From IMG/VR virus record IMGVR_UViG_3300045988_136394, positions 32,001 through 96,000 of that record: a stretch of 64,000 nt of DNA, one strand, 5' to 3'. The DNA is from a virus. A program made the position numbers and the translations under genes. Positions 57,797 to 64,000 of this stretch are shown here, piece by piece. Positions within the stretch are counted from its first letter, which is position 1, and every line of letters starts with the position of its first letter. Under the pieces are notes generated by a model that searched no databases, was not told the origin of the DNA, and saw only the letters and a list, made by a program, of their open reading frames with translations.

Positions 57797-58282
57797 TCAC
57801 GCTATACTTGCTGTTATAGGCAACTTTTCAATCTCTCTATTATATCCGCAATACAATACGTTGCAGGGAAACATAAATAAACCAGAACTAACGGCAGCTC
57901 GAAGAATATCATCATTAAAATAAACTAATCCGTTCGCTGTACCTAAATACTTTCCGTTATTTACATTGGTTAGCCGTAATGTCCCGCGTGCGTTACTAGC
58001 AAGGTCAGCCCAATTAAAGTAATCAACTCTATATTGCTGTCCTGCTGCCACGGCAACAACTTGCCGAAATAGTCGGCTATATGTGGGATTCATTGTACTA
58101 CGCGGATACCAGTATAACCCTAATCGCGTCACATTTTCGGGAATGGTAAATGTCGGCATATATTCCACTCGATTTTGAGCGTTATATTGATTTCGTGACG
58201 GAACAAAACAGGCGCTAGGAACATCAACGGGAATAGGAATATCCCCCCCTGATGTGGCTTGAAGTAATCTTCTATTAAACAT
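57797..58282 (-). CDS. MFNRRLL-family fiber-like protein (copy A, intact)
   Basis: MFNRRLLQATSGGDIP; G7 tract (plus C7 58243-58249) in frame. Confidence 0.5.
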   Translation of the reverse strand: MFNRRLLQATSGGDIPIPVDVPSACFVPSRNQYNAQNRVEYMPTFTIPENVTRLGLYWYPRSTMNPTYSRLFRQVVAVAAGQQYRVDYFNWADLASNARGTLRLTNVNNGKYLGTANGLVYFNDDILRAAVSSGLFMFPCNVLYCGYNREIEKLPITASIA

Positions 58283-58712
58283 TTTATCACTTCCTTAAAA
58301 TTCAGAATAAATCATATAGCAAATACCAATGATAGCCCACGTTATCGCACCCATAAATATCGCTTCCACGTCAACGCCTGTCTTTCTTTTGTCGCAGCGT
58401 TTTTCTCGCCATAACTGCCCATTCGTGTGATGACCAAACCAAACATGTCGGGCAAATATTTACATCAAGCCGCCCGTAAGTAAAGCTTTTGCAAGCGTCC
58501 GCTGAATATTCTTCATTGCATAGATTGCACTTAATTTTCCCGTTTCCCATTTCAAAACCTCTCTTAGTTTGTATGCTAAATTTGCTGGTATAAATGCGGT
58601 AAAATACGGTATTTTATCGCTAAATTATTTATGTAGTTTAAATGTCAAAAACAGCGTTTTTTGCTATCTCTTTTTTTGAGATATCAAATTTACCCATTTT
58701 TGATGTTTTGCT

Positions 58713-59426
58713 TTATTTAGGTGTGCCAGTATTACTATTGCCGCTTTCAACATTTCCGTGAACGTGGTCGGCAAAGCTAATACCTTTGATTGTCGCATTG
58801 TCGATAACATCAAGCCGCTGCTGCACGGTTGTGTTACCTGTAACGGTCAGATTGCCATTTATGGTAGTGTTACTGTTAATGGTCGTCTGACTGGTGTTAA
58901 TTGTGACGTGCTGCGGGGCTGTGACGATAACATTGCCGTCCGGTAGAATCTGAATGTAGCAGGTCGGCTGCTGGTTTAAAAATCCGCCGATAAAAAAGCC
59001 GTCTGAAATATCAAAGTTCCTAAAGCTACCGGGCTGGACTGGTTCAGGTGTTCCGTTAATAACGTTGGATACGTCCCGCTGACAGAATACCGCAAGTCCA
59101 ATATCACCCGGTACAGGGTCGCAAACTAATGCCGCTGCGCCGCCCTGTATTCTGCAATAGGGTAAATTATAAAGCGGGGCTGGATTTATGGCGTTGTTTT
59201 TGGCGTCTAGGGCAACTATTAAGGGCAGTACATCAACTCGCCCTGTGGGGCTTATTCCGTCGCTGTAAACAGCTTGGACTTTGCACGGCAACGCCGTATT
59301 TACCCTGCCATTCAAAAAGTTTTCGATAAAATACGCCATTTCGTTACCCGGACTATTTCCCGTAAAAGGTGAACGAGTGCTTTCAACCGTCGGCGAAATT
59401 ATTTGAGATTTTTTCAAAGTATCCAT
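58713..59426 (-). CDS. Baseplate spike-like protein (gpV/Mu gp45-like) with C-terminal Thr/Asn-rich beta-helix-like repeats
   Basis: Position after D-like gene; C-terminus TINTSQTTINSNTTINGNLTVTGNTTV...HVHG. Confidence 0.5.
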   Translation of the reverse strand: MDTLKKSQIISPTVESTRSPFTGNSPGNEMAYFIENFLNGRVNTALPCKVQAVYSDGISPTGRVDVLPLIVALDAKNNAINPAPLYNLPYCRIQGGAAALVCDPVPGDIGLAVFCQRDVSNVINGTPEPVQPGSFRNFDISDGFFIGGFLNQQPTCYIQILPDGNVIVTAPQHVTINTSQTTINSNTTINGNLTVTGNTTVQQRLDVIDNATIKGISFADHVHGNVESGNSNTGTPK

Positions 59427-59427
59427 A

Positions 59428-60294
59428 TCAGCTCTCCTGTACGTAAACGGCTTTGACTACGCTGTCCCACGCTCCCGCAGCTTGCGAATTAAAACATTCT
59501 AGGTTATGCGTCAAGCTCGTTACTTTCCATACGCCTGTAGCTCGCGGAACAACGCTTTCCAGCTTTACTAACCCGCCCAGTGTGATAGTAGGGTCAAATT
59601 CGCATTTAAACTCTATGCCGTCCTGCGTGAAAGACGGGTAGCCGATTAAACCAGTTCCTACCTTTATCAACACAGCATTACCGCTGCGCGCTCCGTTTTT
59701 CGGAGTTATCACGACTTTACTGTCGTCAATATATAAATCAATGCCTAGTTGCTTTGCTAGCTTGTGCATTTTTTCGATTGGACTGCCTGTAAAGGTTGTG
59801 TTTCTGACGCTTGCTGAAACGCCCTCGTTGATAAAGGTGTATCCCGCTTCTGTCGCGAATTGCTCGAACAGTTTCGCAGCGTCGGTAGTGCCTTGTACAG
59901 CGATTGGCGGCGTTGCCAACAGCGCAGGATAAATACCCGCCGCTGCTTTGATATCAAAAGATATCTCCGGCGCACCGCTAAAGTTAGCGGCTGCCAGTGT
60001 AAACTCACCTTCAAAGACTGTCCCAACTATACCCGTATCGTCGCCAACTTCAAGGCGAATAAAGTTCTTTTCTGACTGCTGTGGATAAAATGCTAACGTG
60101 CTTGCCGTTTCCATGACACTTAAAGGTAAACCGTATATACTGGCGGTTAAAGTGTTCTTGTCCTCGCCGCCCGGCTTCGATATCGTCGCTTTAATGCGGT
60201 GGTTTTCAATAATAATAGTATTGCTATTCGTATTCGGAAAAGTCCCGCTACGAAGCGTTATAGTCGCTCTAAGGGCTTTTATAGAAAAACTCAT
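59428..60294 (-). CDS. Tail protein, P2 gpD / XkdQ-like
   Basis: Position between TMP-distal gene and spike; start at ATG 60294 directly after upstream TAG. Confidence 0.5.
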   Translation of the reverse strand: MSFSIKALRATITLRSGTFPNTNSNTIIIENHRIKATISKPGGEDKNTLTASIYGLPLSVMETASTLAFYPQQSEKNFIRLEVGDDTGIVGTVFEGEFTLAAANFSGAPEISFDIKAAAGIYPALLATPPIAVQGTTDAAKLFEQFATEAGYTFINEGVSASVRNTTFTGSPIEKMHKLAKQLGIDLYIDDSKVVITPKNGARSGNAVLIKVGTGLIGYPSFTQDGIEFKCEFDPTITLGGLVKLESVVPRATGVWKVTSLTHNLECFNSQAAGAWDSVVKAVYVQES

Positions 60295-60295
60295 G

Positions 60296-60604
60296 CTACA
60301 TCTCGCTTTCCGGCACGAAGCACAAGACAAAACGTGTTCCTAGCTCTTTATAGTCCGGCTGCGCTCCGTGTCCTTCTTTGTCCACAAATAGCAGATTTCC
60401 GCTGAAATTCAATTTAGGCTGCTGTAAGATCAACTCATTAGTTACACACAGCGCGCCTGTACATATCACTTCATCCTGTACGCTTAAATCACAATATAGT
60501 TTGTCATAACGCCAGTATAAGCGAATTTGGCAGATTTGACCGTCAAGCGTTACCGTGAATTGCTGATTAGGTATAGCGTTTAATGGTATCGTTTTATAAG
60601 TCAT
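60296..60604 (-). CDS. Hypothetical tail protein
   Basis: ORF coupled to neighbours. Confidence 0.4.
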   Translation of the reverse strand: MTYKTIPLNAIPNQQFTVTLDGQICQIRLYWRYDKLYCDLSVQDEVICTGALCVTNELILQQPKLNFSGNLLFVDKEGHGAQPDYKELGTRFVLCFVPESEM

Positions 60605-60613
60605 AATGTCCCC

Positions 60614-61186
60614 CTACAATCCCAAAACCTTTTTTATATCGTATGCTACACTACTGTTTTCGGAATCGTCCCCGTTGCTAGGATTAGTGTTGCCCCTGTC
60701 TACGGTTGAAGCGTCTGACGCGCTGGCGGCGTCGTCTGTTGTTATTGGCTGCACATCAACATTTGTATACTGGCTTTTCTGCTGCCGAATCTCGACAAGA
60801 TGAATGTTTACTACAAGGGTCGTTAATGCCTGCCCCTCGTTAAAAGCATAATCATATTTGTCTAGCGTCATGTTTTGGTGTTCTTTAAGCGGCGTAACAA
60901 ATGATATTAATTCCGTTGTTGTCCGCAGACGTTCCAGCACCGCTACAGCCTGTTGAAGTTCTCCCGGCGTTCCGTCTTTAGCAAGCGTTACTGTGATATC
61001 CATAGGGGCAGTAGTTTTATTGTAGGCAGCAAAGCTACCTTGTTCTAGGTAATCGTATGTAATATTAGCTTCCGCTTTTACTGTGCTGCCTAGATAGGTC
61101 GTAAATGTGGCTAGTGCTGTACCTGCGCTGTCGGCAAGTAGCCAGTTCTGCCACTCTTTACCGCTCCAATTCCATAATTTCGCCAT
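60614..61186 (-). CDS. Tail protein downstream of TMP (XkdP-position)
   Basis: Position. Confidence 0.45.
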   Translation of the reverse strand: MAKLWNWSGKEWQNWLLADSAGTALATFTTYLGSTVKAEANITYDYLEQGSFAAYNKTTAPMDITVTLAKDGTPGELQQAVAVLERLRTTTELISFVTPLKEHQNMTLDKYDYAFNEGQALTTLVVNIHLVEIRQQKSQYTNVDVQPITTDDAASASDASTVDRGNTNPSNGDDSENSSVAYDIKKVLGL

Positions 61187-61198
61187 ATTTACGCCCCC

Positions 61199-62665
61199 TT
61201 ATTTAATGCCGCTTGCATTCGTAAAGAATAGCCCTGATTTCTCACTGATTGCTCCACCCATGTCGGCAGCTATGCCGCTTGCGTCCGTTGCTGCGGTATG
61301 GATATCAATTTTTCCTACATTGATTTCTTGATTGGTATTGCTACCTCCGCCGCCTGCTGCAATAGCCTGCAACGACGGTATCGGAGTATTAGCTTGTTCC
61401 CACCGTTCGGAAATGGTAGCTTTTATACTGCTCAATGAAGGAATTTTGTCTAAAATCTTCCCTATCCATTCCCACGCTGATTCGAGCGGGGATATTAAGT
61501 AGTCGTTAATAAACCCTGCAATGGCTTTGAACGCTGCGCCGCCTGCTGTAACAAGTAACGCCATTGCTGTTACGATTTTATAAAATCCCATTAAGGCGAA
61601 TAATAAGATTTGTTTCAGTATCTCCCATGCTATTTGAGCTGCCTGTTTCAGGTACTCCCACGCCGTTTGCAGTGTCGCAAGGACTTCATCTCCTGTCCCC
61701 AACATTTCCCATAAATCTTCAAAGGCACTCTTGCCGCCATTGGCATACACCCATAAATCTTCTAGGACTAATAGAAACGCCGCTATAAGCATTATAACCC
61801 ACGTTATAGGATTGGCTAGTATGGCGGTGAATAAACTCCATAGGGTAGGCAGTAATAAGCCCGTAACAACGGCTACAATAGCGTATAACGCCATCGTTAA
61901 TATATCGCCGTGCTTCTGCATATAGGCGAATGCATCCGTTAATGCTAGGGCGAATTGGGTCAGTGTCGGAGCAGCAAACCGCAGAATCGGCAAAAATACG
62001 AATCTAAAAGAACGGCTTAATTCAGTAATGCTGTCGTTAAACTTTGCAGCTATAACCGTATCCTCTTTTGTGAAATATCCTAAATCCTTTTGACGTTTTA
62101 TCAGGTCGTCTAAAGCTTGCCTACCACCTTGCAAAAGTCCTATCGTACCTTCGTCGAGTTGTAGTGAAGATAATATACTTTGACTTTCCAGCTTGCTCAT
62201 ACCTTCAACAGCTCCGGCTAAATCTCGCAAAACGTCAAATACATTGCGGACTTTTCCGCTGTCGTCTACTACTGCAACGCCCAGTTGCTCAAAGAATGGC
62301 AGGATACGGCTTTTACCTGTAACAGCGATACGGGTCAACTGTTTATTAAGTCCTTCGACGCTGTTAAACAATCCCCTGACGCTGCCGCCTGATAGTTCTG
62401 CCGCGTTGCCCCATGCGTATAAATCCGGAGCATTTGCACCAATTCTGTCGGCAATCTTACCAACTTCGTCAGCCCCTGCTGCCAAACTTTTAACTTGAGC
62501 TATAATTGCACCGAATGAAAAGAAAGCGGCAGCGGCGGCTGTTCCTTTTTTCGTTAGCTTGGAAGCAAAGCTTTCTGTTTTTTTGTCGGCTTCATCTATT
62601 CCTTTGTTAAAGTCTGTGGGGTCTAGCCCTAGAGTTATCATAAAACTATCAATAACTGTAGCCAT
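61199..62665 (-). CDS. Tail tape measure protein
   Basis: 488 aa, multiple TM segments, position after chaperone. Confidence 0.7.
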   Translation of the reverse strand: MATVIDSFMITLGLDPTDFNKGIDEADKKTESFASKLTKKGTAAAAAFFSFGAIIAQVKSLAAGADEVGKIADRIGANAPDLYAWGNAAELSGGSVRGLFNSVEGLNKQLTRIAVTGKSRILPFFEQLGVAVVDDSGKVRNVFDVLRDLAGAVEGMSKLESQSILSSLQLDEGTIGLLQGGRQALDDLIKRQKDLGYFTKEDTVIAAKFNDSITELSRSFRFVFLPILRFAAPTLTQFALALTDAFAYMQKHGDILTMALYAIVAVVTGLLLPTLWSLFTAILANPITWVIMLIAAFLLVLEDLWVYANGGKSAFEDLWEMLGTGDEVLATLQTAWEYLKQAAQIAWEILKQILLFALMGFYKIVTAMALLVTAGGAAFKAIAGFINDYLISPLESAWEWIGKILDKIPSLSSIKATISERWEQANTPIPSLQAIAAGGGGSNTNQEINVGKIDIHTAATDASGIAADMGGAISEKSGLFFTNASGIK

Positions 62666-62668
62666 TTT

Positions 62669-63327
62669 TTAACCCCCTTTCGTGTTTTTTCGCATATAGT
62701 CGGCTAGTAAAAAGTCATTAGTATTTTTATTAGCCAAAATCTCGCACATATCTAATAAATCATCATAGCTGTAAATTGTTTGAAGTTCATGCAGTGTGGC
62801 AAGTCTTGCGGCGACTACGTTAGCAACAGAGGGCGTGACATTTACTGTTTTTTCGAGAAATGAATACCGTTGCTGCTCGGCGACAAGTCGGGCGTTTCGT
62901 TTGACTTGCCGCCTTTTAGAAAACTAGAAAAATTCACCTCAAAGGCTTTCTTTTTCAACGTCCATAGGCTACCTACTTCCTCAATAACTGCGTCTATTGT
63001 TTCCGGCATTAATTCTTGCTCTACACCGTCGGAAGTAATTAGCGAACAGCATTTAAGCAGCTCGTTGCCCAGCTCGGCGACTTCTTCCACGTTAACATTT
63101 CCTAAAGATTTAAAAACTTCATCAATGTTAACATCACGCCAGTTAATCTCGGAAATGCCTTTCCCTTCCGGCAGTCCGTTGAATGAATTTGCAATTCCGC
63201 CGTGAAGTGCCACGGCTGCAAGTTTAATGATAAACATCTCGAGTTTTGTTGCGGGCATTTGTCGCGCCTTAAATTTTAGCGTTCTTTCTGCGTCTTGTAG
63301 CGTAAATATGATTTCTTTTCTAGCCAT
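62669..63327 (-). CDS. Tail assembly chaperone; 62842..63327 is the short form, with a -1 frameshift extension reaching 62669
   Basis: A6 run G_AAA_AAA_C (plus 62847-62854) just before TAA; the -1 frame stays open for 57 codons and terminates TAA 3 nt before the TMP ATG. Confidence 0.6.
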
Positions 63328-63395
63328 TTTTTGCTCACTCCTTTTATAAGAATAGGCGATACTATGAATATCGCCTATTAGTTAACTATATTATA

Positions 63396-63812
63396 TTAGC
63401 TTCTAGTTTCAAAAGCAAACGCTGCTGTAACGGGGTCAAGCACCTGTTTAAGTGCTGGGAAGTCTTTAGCGTTAGTTAATACGCCATTCGAGAACATGAA
63501 CGAAGTTGAAATGCTCGGAATGTTTATTGATAAACCTAGCCGAACGATTTTTTTCTGTGTTTCCATGTATTTAGCCAACGCCCTGATATAAGTTAAAGAC
63601 GGGCTATTTGCTTCAAAGGTAAAGTGTATAATATGCGGTTGCGGTGTCCAGCCTGCCGCCATATGTCCGTCAACGCCCATACGAACGATACTGATTTGTC
63701 GCTCGTCTTGGTCTACAGCTTGGTCGGTAGCGTAGTTTTGCAACAGAACACCTGCCGGGAACAGTTCTTCAATCGTTAAGAAACATTTTGCATTTGCTGA
63801 TGTAATATCCAT
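63396..63812 (-). CDS. Tail tube protein
   Basis: 138 aa, RBS AAAGGGGG, position between sheath and chaperone. Confidence 0.65.
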   Translation of the reverse strand: MDITSANAKCFLTIEELFPAGVLLQNYATDQAVDQDERQISIVRMGVDGHMAAGWTPQPHIIHFTFEANSPSLTYIRALAKYMETQKKIVRLGLSINIPSISTSFMFSNGVLTNAKDFPALKQVLDPVTAAFAFETRS

Positions 63813-63831
63813 TTATAGCACACCCCCTTTT

Positions 63832-64000
63832 TTATAACACTACGGTCAGCGGAACGACTAATCTGTTAACGCTGCCGCCATACGTGTACCAAACATTTAT
63901 AATCGGGCTATCACGGTTAACCCTTGCTGCTGCGCCTGGGTCTAACACTTGGATATAATAGCCATTGGTGTAAAGCTCTGTAGAGATATCTTCCCCTGCT
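63832..64000 (-). CDS. Tail sheath protein, C-terminal fragment (gene continues beyond window end)
   Basis: Open frame to window edge ending ...GGSVNRLVVPLTVVL*; position upstream of tube. Confidence 0.55.
   Translation of the reverse strand, partial: AGEDISTELYTNGYYIQVLDPGAAARVNRDSPIINVWYTYGGSVNRLVVPLTVVL

Noticed and set aside
58368-58550. Possible small CxxC zinc-ribbon ORF in the 430-bp gap after the spike gene
   Set aside because: Careful translation gives only a 28-codon ORF (MGNGKIKCNLCNEEYSAGRLQKLYLRAA). No longer frame is open, so the region is treated as non-coding/regulatory.
161-63205. Numerous plus-strand ORFs in the track (e.g. 161..391, 361..663, 3666..3929, 8207..8473, 13632..13973, 44380..44763, 45547..45813, 62870..63205)
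   Set aside because: All lie antisense within longer minus-strand genes that have recognisable functions or RBSs. They lack RBSs and show shadow-frame composition. The 14271..14480 and 44380..44763 peptides are similar only because the underlying fiber genes are homologous.
1-64000. CRISPR arrays, tRNA or rRNA genes, integrase
   Set aside because: No regularly spaced direct repeats, no tRNA-like T-loop/acceptor signatures in intergenic regions, and no tyrosine/serine integrase ORF apart from the IS607 TnpA.

Overview
The window is almost entirely phage DNA, with nearly every gene on the minus strand. It splits into two compositionally different blocks.

Block 1 (1 to about 42.4 kb) is AT-rich, roughly 30% GC by eye. 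It looks like a complete PBSX-like contractile-tailed phage, read along the minus strand as follows:
- an early operon driven by a perfect TTGACA-17-TATAAT promoter at 42.7 kb, containing many small genes, zinc-ribbon paralogs, a truncated DNA methyltransferase, an XRE-type regulator and a dUTPase;
- packaging and head genes (TerS, TerL, portal, head morphogenesis, scaffold, major capsid);
- a contractile tail module (sheath, tube, chaperone with an A_AAA_AAG -1 frameshift, tape measure, XkdP/Q/R/S-like proteins, baseplate J, tail fibers);
- holin and amidase endolysin;
- a block of membrane, low-complexity and sigma-70 region-4-like proteins;
- a replication module (SNF2 helicase, initiator, DnaC-like loader, DnaB-like helicase, DnaG-like primase).
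No integrase, CRISPR array, tRNA or rRNA was seen.

Block 2 (about 42.9 to 64 kb) is more GC-rich, roughly 45-50% by eye. It carries a second, different contractile-tail module: a partial sheath, tube, chaperone with a G_AAA_AAA_C -1 frameshift, tape measure, D-like hub and V-like spike, then gp25-like, J, I-like and a large tail fiber. That module is interrupted between spike and gp25-like by an accessory island of about 9 kb, and separately by one AT-rich gene between gp25-like and J. The island contains:
- an IS607-family element (serine-recombinase TnpA plus TnpB);
- a dUTPase with an N-terminal extension;
- a plus-strand tandem array of five promoter-terminator micro-units with no ORFs (candidate sRNAs), convergent with a 36-aa hydrophobic peptide (type I toxin-antitoxin-like);
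- paralogous fiber-like gene families carrying conserved poly-G tracts, two of them frame-broken (possible phase variation).

The two blocks share an about 60-bp promoter segment within a ~120-bp homologous cassette (promoter plus hairpin terminator), dUTPase paralogs, and about 400 bp of tail-fiber sequence.
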